This document shows, piece by piece, positions 13,955 to 28,600 of a stretch of 64,000 nucleotides of DNA. A program made the translations under genes and the position numbers. Numbering within the stretch: the stretch's first letter is position 1; each line of letters opens with the position of its first letter. The notes under the pieces are model-generated. The model ran no database searches. It had not been told where the DNA came from and was given only the letters and a program-made list of their open reading frames with translations. The stretch comes from the human T2T-CHM13v2.0 reference genome, Homo sapiens: the NCBI RefSeq assembly GCF_009914755.1, contig NC_060934.1; one strand, 5' to 3'.

Positions 13955-14498
13955 CTTCAAATAGTATATCTCCATGCAGACTTTCAGAACCAGCTGAATT
14001 GTTCTCTTGTCATATAGATTTACCCTTGATGGACATTAATACCTCATGTATCACTTATCGTATTCATTCTCTTCTTCATGTATTCTAATCGATAATATCC
14101 CCCTTCACATAACCCAGGATTGAGCACAATACTGCACGCATTGGTCTATGTGATGCCCAGAAAGCTGACTTATTCATTGACTCCCTTACCCTGTTCTCTT
14201 ATTGCAGCCCAAGTGAGTATTTGCTAATATTACCTGATGCAGGTCCTGTTAGACCATACTGACCTTACAGTCTTTTTCATACAAATTATTGTTAATCTAG
14301 GTCTCCCTTATGCTATAACTTATTTCATCTTGTTAAGTTTAGCCCATCTTTCTGATCCAGGGTTATGAAGAGGGTTGGTTGGTGCCTCTTTACAGTGACT
14401 TTATTAGCAAATCAAACGGGTAAACTTCTCAGCTTTCAGTCATTCATAAATTTGATAAGCAGATCTTCACTATAAGTAGTTGCTAAAAATGTCAAGCC
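13955..14498 (-). mobile_element. CR1/L3 LINE fragment
   Basis: ccttcaaata…cccaggattgagcacaatactgca…attgcagcccaag…gtcattcataaatttgataagca, antisense L3 RT region. Confidence 0.65.
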
Positions 14499-14589
14499 TG
14501 TGATAATTATGGCTAATATGCCTTGAAACATTTGGAGGAGGAGCTCAGGATAGGTAAAAGGTATATTATGTCTATATTTAATGCAATTA

Positions 14590-15810
14590 TGAATGTGATA
14601 ATTATTATTTTCTCATTTTCCTCTCCATTATTTGTTCCTTAATTCTCCTTACCTGTCTTATTTTGGTTAATCAAAATATTTTGCTTTTCCATTGCATTTC
14701 CTCTACTTGTTTCTTCCCCAAATTGCTTTGTATTTTTTTAAACATTTTTTCTCTAGGATTGTAGTACAGATATCCACATTAGCAAAATCTATCTTGGCAT
14801 TAATATTATATCACTTACTGATTAATATAGGAATTTTACACCTCCTTCTTTCTTTCGTACTCTTGTTATCATGTTTTTCTACTTATATATTTAAATTCAT
14901 TATTTCTATAGATTATGTATTAGATTCGTCATATTTTTTTTAAAAAAAAAAATCCCAACTGCTAATTTCTACATCTGATTCATCTGAAGGTCTATTTTTA
15001 CAGACTGATTTTACTTTTTGTATATCTTCTCATTAAAAAAATTAAATTATGGATGATATATTGGTGAGACTGAATTCTATTATCTTTTTCAAAGGAATGA
15101 AGGGTTTCATTCTAGTAGGAGTTAAATACCACAAATCAACTTGAACTGGTAGATACTTTGTTTCAAGCTTTGTTAAGGTAGGTCTATTCTGTTTTTTCCC
15201 TTAATTCTTGTGTGACTCCTTTAGTTTTGTATGTGGTACTCCTAACTCTTTTGAGAGTTCAGTGAAAAGCTCAAAACATTTTCCAAGCCTCTGTAACCTA
15301 GTGGGACCTGATTTCTTATCATACTTCCGTCTCTTGTGTGGTGGGGAGCTACTAAAATCTCTTTCCACTGTCTCAGCTTTAAGTGGCTCTTTTCTCCTGA
15401 GCCCCTTGGTGTCTCATCTCACAAATACACTGTTCAAGGTTTAAGGTATTTGAAATGTATTTATAGGCCAATTTGGGGGTTCTTCCTTCTGTGGTTCTAT
15501 TCTTTCTGGGATTCCATCTACCCCTCTCAATTTCCAGCTACCTTGCATCCCCTAACTTTATCCTTTACCTCATCAGGCTAATAAAATTGTGTTTCCATGG
15601 TAGATTGTATCCATCCCTGGTAGGGGGAATTGGGGATTGTCTTCAGGGGAAAACTGTGTTGCCCAGATTCCACCCATATTGTTTTCCTTCATTCAAGAGT
15701 CAAATCCTTTCCAGCTTCTATCTGAATTGGGTCATTCTCCAATGCCTTCAAACAACTTTTTAAATATAATTGTTAGTAGAAAACTGCCCAGTGCAAGTGA
15801 CTCTGAAATC
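14590..15810 (-). mobile_element. Old L1ME fragments (ORF/5' region)
   Basis: T-rich antisense L1 composition with L1ME-like motifs (tttgttaaggtaggtcta; ttctatctgaattgggtcattctccaatgccttcaaaca). Confidence 0.55.
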
Positions 15811-16799
15811 ACTGAAAATTGGAACCAATGATATATTCTAAAATACAAATGCATTTTATGTAAACAATTAATTATGTCTATAAAAGAACACAAGGATCAG
15901 ATGATACTGTGAATAGATCTGGCTCTGAATCCTAACTTACTTCTGTGATTGCAGGAAAGTTACTTCATCTGTAGATTTCATTTCTAAGGTAGCTATTTTC
16001 CCAGGAATATTGTAAGTCTCAAAAATATTAATTCCTTATCCCATCCCATTGTTAAGGGCAACTGAAGAAGATTGAGTTTAACATTTTGAAGCAATTTGAA
16101 CACTGCAGAGGAGACAGAACCTCTCAGAGTTAATATAGCTCCCCAGGTTGCTAAAGCAACTGAGAGGCTTAGGTACTGTAAGAATACGATTCGTTCAGTT
16201 CTATAAATAACACTGTATCCTTGCACTTGGCATAGCTTCTTTTTTGGGAACAGGGAGGGGAAGGAAAGAATGTCAAGACAAATTTACTTTTCCAAATAAT
16301 TTTTAATGAATAAAGGTGATGGTACTAGTATGTCTTCTCTTATTTTCATTAAGTCCTCTTTGAGAAACAAGTTAAAGGAATAGAAATTTGTGGGTTCTTT
16401 AGAAGAATAAGTCACACACACATAAAAATGACAGCAAGAGGGTTTTTTTGAAAAAAAACCATAATTATTTTTCTATTTCAGATATATCTTAGAGATGGGT
16501 CCTTAGGTTGATTGAAGCCAGCAAGCGTGTCATATGACCCCTCTTTTACTCAAAACATTTTGTTTTCCAAGCTATAGATAGTGGTACTTTCTAGCTCTCT
16601 CAATTTGTTTTTTTTGTGTTATCTGTGTAGTCAACCATTGAAAAACAGTTTTTAAAGTATTGCCTATATGTGTATCTTATTTACTACTAGGAGAAAATTC
16701 TACTTGTGAAATGTTGGATATTGAAGCTTATAAACCAGATTTGGATTTGTGATAAAGTTTATATTCCCAAAGTTTTGATGTCTCCTAGTCCATGATTTT

Positions 16800-16900
16800 G
16801 TATATATATGTATATATAATATATATACACACACACAAATATATGTATGTTTATGCATATACATATATACCTATACATATTCATATGTACATCTATATAT
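16800..16900. repeat. (TA/CA/TG)n low-complexity tract
   Basis: Alternating purine-pyrimidine run. Confidence 0.85.
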
Positions 16901-17289
16901 GACTTTACACAATGTAGACATGAAGCTAAAATTGAAAAGGAAGATAGGAATAAAGCATGCACGTTTTCTTACCTATACTTAGGATTTGTGCTTAAGTTTG
17001 GGCAGAAAGGGGTGAGTAAAGCTAAGACAGTGGTTTTGGAGTGAGAACACTGCACTCTTCAGCAATGATACTTTTCAAAAGTCTTTGAGGATAGAAGACA
17101 TACTAAACTTACTAAATTAGGCAGAAACGCAGGTATTTCAGGTAGGGATGATATGCATGTGAAAAAAGAGGAAGGAAGGAGACAGGAAGGGAGGGAAGGA
17201 GGAAGAATAGAGAACATGAGATTATAAAACTACTGTAATACTAAAAAGGTGAAGTAGTATTACATTATGAGACTAGGTCATGTCATAAA

Positions 17290-17500
17290 AAAGAATACTC
17301 TTAATGATCAGTCAGCTGGGTTTGAATCTTGATTCTGCCTAATTCTTGGTGAAATTATGAAAATTCTCTGAGTTTTAGTCCTCATCTGTAGAAATGGAAA
17401 TAATATCCAACCCCCACATGTGTTTCAATGTTATGGTGGAGATTAAATTAACTGGTGTGAGAATATGTGCCACAATATCATATGGCAAATGTCCATAGGT
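17290..17500 (+). mobile_element. MIR SINE
   Basis: ctgggtttgaatcttgattctgcc…ctctgagttttagtcctcatctgtagaaatgg. Confidence 0.7.
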
Positions 17501-18009
17501 AAATTGCAGAGGAGTGATCAAATCAGTCAACCAGACTTCCACATTCACTCTTACTTAGACATAAGCTTTTGGCTTTTTTTTTTTTCTTTTCAGAGAAAAA
17601 CAAAACAGGCAAACAAAAAATCTGACTCTGCAGTTTATACAGAAGAATTACTTTTTGTCCAATACATAATTATCCTGCAATATACAGATATGTCACTAAG
17701 GTTGCTTTAGCATTTTATATTTTTTCAATAAACAAGTTAACATTTTTATTTCTAAATGTTAGAGAGGAGACTGAAAACAAGCTGCTGCGAAAGGTACTTT
17801 TGAAATTATGTGTTCTGACAAGGATCAGAGCTAAAGAGATAGCTAACAGTTATTAGCGTTCAAATCCTCAATGATGTCCCAGGTGGTAAAACAATACATG
17901 ACCCAATTCATCCACCCATCCCTTTGATCAATGCAATGGAAGGTTTAGCAGCAGTGTTCACTGGAGATGACCTCATGTAGACGAGATGTGCTTGGTTCAT
18001 CCCTTCTGT

Positions 18010-18220
18010 AGCTCCATGTTACTGAACATTTATTGACCTTAAGAATCTTATCTATATAACTTCATATAATGCTGTCAATAATCCCCTAAGGCTTGTTCCT
18101 TCTTCACAGGGGAGGCAGCTGAGGCTCAATAAAGTTTCCCAAAGTCACACTACCAGCAAGAGGTGAAGCTAGGTTCAAAATCAGACAATTTGCCCATCAG
18201 AGCTCCAGAGTGGCATATAC
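18010..18220 (-). mobile_element. MIR SINE
   Basis: acaggggaggcagctgaggctca…cccaaagtcacactaccagcaagaggtgaagctaggttcaaa. Confidence 0.65.
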
Positions 18221-19139
18221 CTTCCCCAAGTGGACTGTCATGGAAATTTCTGTGGTTTCTCTCTATTGGATGAAGGGATCAGAATAACACATGCTGGCCT
18301 TTTTTTCTACCTGTTTCAACTTGGCTCTTTTAAAGTGTTATAAGTTGGAGGTATGTGAAACTAAACACAAATGGAGTCTTTGAATGAGAAAGCCAGCTGC
18401 CAGGGGACAGCCTCAGGAATGTGTGAATGTACTGAGGCTTTGTGAATATGCATGCTTCTCCCTGCAAGTCCGGAGGGCTTCCAGATACAGTACTTTGCCC
18501 ACATTCGTCTCAAGATAATTGTATGTGTACACTGACCTCAGGTGTTTTTGCTTCTGTAGCAATAGTCAGATGGAGGTTACCTATTACCCTTTCCCTTGAC
18601 TTCTTCTCCCTCGAATGCAACCTGAACTCATTGACTAAAAACTCTGAGTCTGTGCCCAGACCCCCAGTGGCAGCAGCATGTGAGTCCTTAAAAACATGGT
18701 CTGAGAACATCCGGACACAGATTCACCAGGGAAAGGCTTTGTCCACATCATAAAACAGATGGTTTCAAAGAAAGACTATTTTTCTACAGATGATTAGTGA
18801 TCAGAATAGACACTGGATAAGTTTCTCAGAAGAGAGATTTTAGTCTGAAGGCTAAGAAAATATTGTCTGTGTAGATGCCTGTATGTTTGCAGGCTTCAGA
18901 AGTTTAACCTTTCAGCATACTTTGCAACCCCCTATATTACTTGAAAATTTCATGTTCTCCAATGTAATTGTTTAGAACAAAAGTAGTACTGGACACTTCC
19001 ATAAGGTTAATTGGCACAAACTAGGTTTTCATAAAAGAAAGGATGAAACAATAAGTTACGAAAAACTTCTCAGGGTACCCATGAAGGAGTAAGTTAAGGT
19101 ATTTCTATTTAATGGTTTATTTTATGTGCAGATCCACTT

Positions 19140-20530
<1,391 letters not shown>

Positions 20531-20612
20531 CATGGGTAGATTGCTATATTCGGCTCTCTCTGCCATAACCCTCACTCCTCACGTAGATTGTTTGACAAAA
20601 TTCAATCCCATA

Positions 20613-21168
20613 CAGCAGGTCCTCCAATGTGGTCATTTCATTGCACAGAGTTTCATTACAACATTGATGATAAAAAAAAATAATAATAATTCTTTGCTTG
20701 GGCCACTGTCTGTGGAGTTTGCACATTATCCCCACATCTATGTGGGTTTTCTCTGGGGACTCCAGTTTGCTCCCACGTCGCCAAGATATGCATGTTAGGT
20801 GAATTGATGTGTCTAAACTGTCCCTATCTGTGTGAGTATGGGTGTGTGTGTGAGTGAGCCCTGCAGTGGGATGGGGTCCTGTTCAGGTTGACTCTGAACT
20901 GTAATAAATGGGTAAATAATTCTCTGACTTGTTTTTATGAATCTTTAAAAAATATGAGTTAGCTCACATTTAGCTTAATGTTTAATGTTAGAAGGGTTTT
21001 GGTCTTTGTATGGACGTTTGGTGTTGTTTTCGTGGCCAGAAATATGCCACAGAACCGTAACTTGTTTATATCAATTAGTCTATGGAAAAATTAGTTTCAC
21101 TCTACACAGTTTCATTTAGAGTTGCAGTTTTCAGAAACCTATAGACAACATTAAGTGAGGGCTTACTA
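20613..21168 (+). mobile_element. MER6/MER6A (TcMar-Tigger non-autonomous DNA transposon)
   Basis: TA then cagcaggtcctc start; ggccactgtctgtggagtttgcacattatccccacatctatgtgggttttctct core; ends ttaagtgagggcttacta. Confidence 0.85.
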
Positions 21169-21813
21169 GAATGGATTAGTTAACCAAAACTACCCCAATG
21201 TAATTGAGATACACTGAGCTGTTTAGCTGTGTTTGCTTCTTGTTCAGCCAGCCACATACTAGTTAGTATTTGCTAACAAATAGCAAAGAACATTTTAAAA
21301 AATCAAGGGTGAGCATAAAATTAACATATCCCAACACCTCACTTATTCATATTTCTGGCTTGGTCAGCCTTCTTAAACATTAGGAAATATTGTCAGGATT
21401 TTCCACCTGCATTAATATGTCAAAATCAGGGGGAGTGAAGAAGTTTGGTGACTTAGATACAGCTTTGAAACAAACAGGTCTACACCATCTTGGTTCTTGT
21501 ATTGGAATCCTTTTTGTTCAGCGTTGCCGCTGAAGTTATTTTCGGAACATCATATGGATTTTTCATTGAAACATCTGTGTTAACTTTTATTATCCCTGGT
21601 CTGTTTTGTAATTTTGGAAACAGATATAAAAAATCGCAACCCAAAGCACAGTAATATAGTGGGAAGCATCCTTCATAAGTCAATTGAGGAATTTAATAAT
21701 CTCTTTAGAAATAAGCTCTGCAGCTATGAGAAAAATGTGTGGGTTAAAGGCCTTCCAATTAAGAAAGGTTTCTCTGTGGATTTATAGGCTGGTGGTTCAC
21801 TCTTCCTGTTCGT

Positions 21814-21827
21814 GTCTCCATAGCAAC
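21814..21827. promoter_or_regulatory. RFX X-box motif
   Basis: GTCTCCATAGCAAC fits the X-box consensus GTHNYY-AT-RRNAAC in non-repeat DNA; motif match only. Confidence 0.4.
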
Positions 21828-23246
21828 TGTCAGGTAGATTTTCTGCTGCTTGCTAGGAAGTTGGAAATGTTGAGTCTGGTTGAGCCTTTTCAATTCAGTG
21901 AAGCTTAAATGAAATTCTTTGCAAGGAACTGGCATTTAGCCTGGGTCATTTATTCATATCTAGAAGAAAAAAAATCAATTATAGTAATCAAATGTGCAAA
22001 TTTTTTATTGGGATTATTTTTGGTACATATTTTGTGCTGTAATCTATTTTTAATGGCAGGGTACTAAAGGTTTGAAGGGCTGCAGCTGGCCTCTTCGCTA
22101 TCTGATGGCTTGTGGCTTTAATTACAGCCCAAGACATAGGAAGGCATGCCTTTTTCTAGTATACTTTTGCAAGCTATAATCACCCCTGGTGATATTCAGA
22201 AGCAAACTAGAATCCAGGAGCCTCATTAAGTTGAGACACCTATATTGCAGCAAATACAATGTACAACCTTTTATTCTTTCATTTTTCCTGTCCTGTTGGT
22301 TATTTGAACTAAAGCTTTGGAAAATAAATCATGTATATGCCACCATTTAAATTTCTTTGGAGTATATTGTCTTCATTTTCCCTTCAGATTAAACCCACTT
22401 GAGCGTCACTCACTATGGTTAATTTCAACCCACATTGACTGATGCCTGACAGCTCCACGTAGGATGGTCTCCTTTAATCCAAAAAAAAAAAAAAAAAAAA
22501 ATCAAGCATGTAGGTGGGCAAAGTGAACTCTTTACATAACATACAACACATGCCACACAAAGGGAAGATATCTAAGGGACCATGCTTAGTGCGTTCTTTT
22601 GTTAGCATCTTTTCTCACTGGCAGAGAAACAGCAGCTTCTATAGAAAATAAATCACAGTCCTTATTTCACACAGTGGTGCTATTTTTATCTCCCAGCTCC
22701 CCTGTGGATATTTATTATAAGATATATTATTTACAACAATGGCTTTAGATGCATATTTTAGTTCATTTTGTTACATTCCTCCTTTGTCATTTGTATACCA
22801 TGCCTTTACCTATTACAACGACGCTTCTTACGATATATAGTAATCGACTGCTGGCAGGAATACAAATAAAACTGAGAAAGAGAGAGAGGGAGGGAGATTA
22901 AAAAAGTCAGAGCTGAAATGTCCTTTACTTACTTGCCTTGCCTTGTCTTATTTTCTTCCTCTTTGGTCTAGAAACTGTGCTTTCTTCTATTAAGCCAAAT
23001 AAAAACTTTCTGAGAAGAGCAATTGAAGCTGAAAGAAGCTCACTCTTCAGTTGCTACACTAGGAAGTGGAAATGAAGTTGCTGGGTTCTGCTCTTAAGTT
23101 TATTTACTCTAAAAGGTGGGCAATTTTCTCTTAAAATAAATCGTACTTGGAGTTACATGGCTCAGCCAGCACAAGATGCATCTATGCCCGGGAGCTGAGA
23201 GTCAGAGAAAGGGGATGTTCCGTTGAGATCTGGAGAGCTGGACAGG

Positions 23247-23433
23247 AAACAGACTTTCTTGGTTACAGCATACACTAGAATATCCACATACAGGGACGGA
23301 TGCATCGTTTGACCGAGCATATACTGGAATATTCACATGCACAGACAGATGCATCGTTTGACCACAAACATCACTGGGACTCGGCTCTACCACTTGTAAA
23401 CAGAGCCATCCTTAGTAAAAGCATGTGGTGGAA
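23247..23433. repeat. Dispersed duplicate A (contains a 49-bp tandem repeat, 23267-23363)
   Basis: Aligns without gaps to 27172-27309; internal unit agcata…gatgcatcgtttgacc occurs twice. Confidence 0.85.
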
Positions 23434-24339
23434 GCCTCTTGCTTTGGGGAAACAGAAAGACAGATGTTGGCCGCCACCCATGAGAGGCAAACGTCAGGCC
23501 TTCCTTGCTGCCAGCATCTATATGTTGGGTCAGAGCTCTCCCTTCCTCCACCTGCTCCTCACTCCAGGCAAATGCCTCTGCCACCTCCAGTAGCTTTGGT
23601 CCAGTATGTGATCAGGCTGTCCCTGAGCTGTCCCCATGGCCAGGGGATGGGGGACAAACCATTGAGGAGGCCACTGCCCTATGCTACTCCTTAGCTCAGT
23701 GCAGGTTTAATTCAGAAAAGGTGCCTTTTGGGGCCCTCTCTGTGTCCTTGACTTCCAGGCCTTATGCCCAGTCCTTGAGGCTGTGGCACCTGCTCCATGC
23801 ACTTGCGGCCTCCAGGCTGCCCTGAGCTCTCTCCTTCTAGACTTTAGTTCCTGGGAAAATGGAGACCTCTTCTGAGTGGGCCTCAGAACCACTTCTTTGG
23901 CTTTGCAGTGAGATGACTTTCCATGGACTATGCCTCCCACCTACCCAGCTCCTGTCCTGCATCTGGCTCATGGCAGGCATCTTGCTTAGTGCCACTGAGC
24001 TGAGCTGCAAAGACGCTAGGGTCCCCTCTTCCCTCCGCTTCCCCACCTTCACTCCCAGTATCCTGGCCTGATTTTTCTCTTCCTCTATGTAAGGCTGTTT
24101 CCTCCAGTCCCTCTGCTCTGGCTTAGCTCATTCTTCATTTTCCCGGTGACAACATGGCAGGGTCAGGAGTCCTCACAGTAGTCAAGCGTCCGCTCCCTGC
24201 AGTTCAGATCACCACCTCTTCCTGCCACTCCCCAGTACCCACTCATCAAGACTTTGTGTAAATACCAATTCAAATGTTAGTTAAAATCTCTCTTTACCCC
24301 TGGCAGTTGTCCCTCAAAGGTCTCCTTTCAGAGCTGTAA

Positions 24340-24720
24340 TGATTATTAGCAAGTTACTTACCTTCTCTAAGCCTCAGGTTCTGAATTCATGAAGTAGGTA
24401 TAATTGTGTATAAATCATATTGCTGTGAAGATTGAATTAATTGATGCATATAAAATCTGTAAAGGAGTGGTTGGCACTTTCTAAAGTGCTTGATAAATAT
24501 TAGCTTTTATTGTTGTTCTTTGTGGGGTTTTTGTGTGCAAAGAGCCGAAGCTTTCAAATCCTACAGATATGTGTTTGAATCTGTCCTCCGCCATTGACTG
24601 CCTGTATAATTTTGAGTAAGTTTTAAAATTTTGCTGAGCCTGTTTTTCTTCTAGTAAAATGAGGGAATTCAGACCTGCTTCCTAGGACTGCTAAGGGCAT
24701 TAAATGAAAGGAGGCCTTTG
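24340..24720 (+). mobile_element. Two tandem MIR fragments
   Basis: gcaagttacttaccttctctaagcctcag… and gtgtttgaatctgtcctccgccattgactgcctgt…. Confidence 0.65.
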
Positions 24721-24861
24721 TGTTTTCTAGAAAAGCAGTTCCCATCATCCCACAGTAATAACTGTTTTTTCTCCTTCAGCAGGTTGTTTTTTAAAAATTC
24801 TAACTTAGTATTCTTTTTTATCTTTAGCTCCCCATCGGGTGCCTAAAACACTTACTCATAA

Positions 24862-25329
<468 letters not shown>

Positions 25330-26498
25330 TGGGTGAGTATTTTTAAGAGGCTGCTTCTAAAAGCAACACAGTGGCCCCCTCACTGGGGTGGGATGCCACA
25401 TCAGAATGAGGGCATGTGTTAGCACAGTGCAGAGAGTAGTGACTAAAAGGGATGCCTTCCAAGCACCTCTCACCCCAAGGAGCCCACTCCCAACTCTAAG
25501 CGTGAAGCTGCCCCACTGGCAGAGGTGGGAAGTGCCCGGGATATCTTATGTCCAGTTTCTCCTATCTCTAGCCTAGTTTCACATTTGAGATTTTTAGGGT
25601 TTTTATTTTCCTAGCTCCTCAATCCCAGCTGTGGTCCTCATTCCCTTGCTATGCCTGCAATCCCTGCAAGTGTAGAATGTGGAATTATTCTTGTCAAATC
25701 TGCCCCTTCCAGATTGGCTAACTTGAAGATCAGAGCTTTCTGCAGAAGAAAAGACTTCCTGGCTCAATGTGTCAGCTCCGTTTCATGTAGCTAGATCTTT
25801 CAATTTGTAGCATAACCCCTGCAGCACTAGAGAGAAAAGATGATATGTCTGAAATGCTGAACTATGGTCACCCCTGTCTACCATTATGTTTCCACAGACA
25901 TTTCTATAAAAAGCTGCAAAACCAAGGGGTCTCAGATCTGACACCTGAAATGGCTGCAGTCCCACAAAGGCACCCCTTTTCACGTCCCTTGTTGATTGGC
26001 CCATCCCATCCTGCCTTTCAACACGCAGCCCGTAACTCTATATTTAGGGCAATGGCCAGCCATATGCTGTATACATGTTCCAGACACGTCTCACTCCTCT
26101 CTTGGATGGCTTCCCCTGTGAATTTGGTGTTAAACTCAGGACTGTGTTCCTAGCTCAGCTCAGCTGCTTATTGTGTGACATTACACACTTTTCTGGAGCT
26201 TTCCTATGTTTCGTGCTCTATAAAATAATCAACAATAGTGACGGCTCTTATATTGAGTGCTTTCTGTCTGCCCAGATCTTATTTTAAATGTGTCCTATGT
26301 GTGAGTTTCTGTGGATGCACCAATTCCTTTACACTTCACCGCAGTCTTATGAATGAGATATTATTGCAGGGAGGAAATGGAAGCAGAAGTGCTCCCAGGT
26401 AGCAAACGGTAAAAATGGAATTTGCACTCAGAGCCTATATGCTTAATCCTAAGTTACTTTGATTTCTTTGAATTTGCAGGTTGTAATATATGCAACTA

Positions 26499-27135
26499 CA
26501 ATCAATTCTCATTATTCACAGTAGTTATATTCTATGAAGTCACTGCAAACACTGAATTAGCAAATACTGAATGCTTGCTGCTAAGAGAAATACAGGGCTA
26601 GCTGCCCATGAGTGTCTGATTACAACGTTTTCATCAACTAATCAATACGTGACCTTGTTTTGCATATGTTCTTGTTTAAAGCCGTTTAATATACATATCG
26701 ATGCATTAACATTGAACTCATGGCCCACAGCACCAAAACTCATGCCTGAAGAAAGCTTATATAACACACAGATTTTTCTCCAAAAGGCATACCACAGCCT
26801 TCTTGCACTTAGAGGCACTAGATAAGATTCCAACGTTACTCTTGGGGGCCATTTTAAACAGTAAAATCACTAACAAAAGGCACAAAACCATGAAAAATAG
26901 ACCACGAGAAGGAGACTTGTTTACAGTATGAGAACTGAGACGCAGGTACAGCCTCGTGCCTTATTCAACCTCACCTGGGAAGGCAGGTGAGCAACTTTAG
27001 ATTTTTTGGTTGTTCTGCATTTGTTTGCAAACTGCTGAAAAAGCAACAGTGAGTATTCGTTTGGAGGGTTACAAATAAATTTCAGTGAGTAGGTGAATTC
27101 GCAAATATGCAATCTGTGAATAATAAAAATCTCTA
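26499..27135. mobile_element. Tigger (Tigger5/MER47-like) DNA transposon
   Basis: TA-flanked imperfect terminal inverted repeats caatcaattctcattattcaca… / …tgtgaataataaaaatctcta. Confidence 0.75.
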
Positions 27136-27171
27136 CATATTAATGAGGGAAGAACATCTCAGAAGATCTTA

Positions 27172-27309
27172 AAACAAGATCTTCTTCATTACAGAATACA
27201 TTAGAATATCCACATGCATAGATGGATGCGTCGTGTGGCCACAGAGTTCACTGTGACTCAGCTTTGCCACTTGTAAACAGAGCCATTTTGAGTAAAAGCC
27301 TGTGTTGAA
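27172..27309. repeat. Dispersed duplicate B
   Basis: About 80% identical (hand count) to 23316-23433, with an identical 20-bp core ccacttgtaaacagagccat. Confidence 0.85.
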
Positions 27310-27759
27310 CTAGGAGTTGGATTTGAGGGGAGCATAGTAGAGGCAGGGGCTCTCCTACTTGCAAAGGCACAGGTCTATTCTACTGTTTTTCTGACTGAAA
27401 AAAAAAAAGGAAATATTTTGGTCACCTGTTTGCATGAGGGATGAAGCTTTATCTCTCAGAAATACCTGTATATCTTGACTGCTCTTTTCGGATTTTAGAA
27501 ACATGTTTTTATTTGTGGATACACAGTCTCTGTGTCTACGAGTTATATTTCTCTTTCTCGGCAATGGATTGGAATGGCATCGAGCAGCAGACACTAAGTA
27601 GTATTTTCTCTGGGGAGAAGATAAATGACTGGTAAAATAAAACAATGGAGATTACTCCATTCCCATCTCATAAGCTAGCTCTTGGGACTTGTAAGCCAAG
27701 AAGTAGAAGTGGCTGAACTGGGGTTAGAGGGAAGCTAGGTTCCTGGTGTGGTTCTTTAT

Positions 27760-27945
27760 AATCTTGCTATTCAAAGATGGTCTGTGGACCAGCATCAATA
27801 GTGTTACCTAGGAGGCTGCCAAAAAAAAAAAAAAAAAAAAAAATGCAGATGCTTAGGCCTCCCTGCAGATCCGCTGAATTCAAATCTGGATTTTAACAAG
27901 ATCCAAGTGCGCTTCCTAGGTACATGAAATTGAGAGAAGCAGAGC
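27760..27945. mobile_element. MER5A (hAT-Charlie) with an internal A23 run
   Basis: ttcaaagatggtctgtggaccagcatc…aaatgcagatgcttaggcc…ttttaacaagatcc. Confidence 0.7.
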
Positions 27946-28409
27946 TTTGCAAAACCAAGCCCACATCCCAGCTTGCCATTGCTTCACAATACCACTCACC
28001 TGTGAGTTCTCTTCTGGGCTCTCTAGTCATCTCTCTGACCACAGCTTTTGCACAGTGCCAAGGTCACTGGGACCCCACTACAAAACTCTAGAACCCTCTG
28101 TGACTTTTGCACCAGGACACCACTGAGCCTTCTTTCTCTCAGCGGCTAGTTGTGTTCATTATCCATGAGCAATATCTACGATGAAATATTTAAGTTACAA
28201 AATAGCTCACTCGGCCCTCTTGATCAACCACATGGTGTTCTCCTTGTCATAGGTCCTAGAGGTCAAATTGTGACTTTCTTAGTTAACTAACTCATAGCAG
28301 AATAGATGTATGAGAGTTTAATATTTCAAATTTTTTAAAATCAAAGTTGGACCAAGTTTTTGTCCAACCCAGACATCCATGACTCTCAAAACTAGACTAT
28401 CATCAAGGA

Positions 28410-28600
28410 TCAGAAATTCAGTGCAGATTCTTAACTTTAACTTCTCTTATCTGCAGTTTCCCAATCTGTAAAATAAATGGAAGATAATGGACTCCTTTCT
28501 ATTTCACAAACGCTTTATAAAGATCAAATTAGAACGTGAAGAAGTACACTCTTAAACATGACATGCTATGCAAATGCCCATTATAGTAATTGCTATTTCT
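28410..28600 (+). mobile_element. MIR fragment
   Basis: cagtttcccaatctgtaaaataaa core. Confidence 0.55.

Noticed and set aside
23267-23363. Possible CRISPR-like repeat-spacer pattern
   Set aside because: There are only two units, the 'spacers' are homologous to each other, the context is eukaryotic and there are no cas genes.
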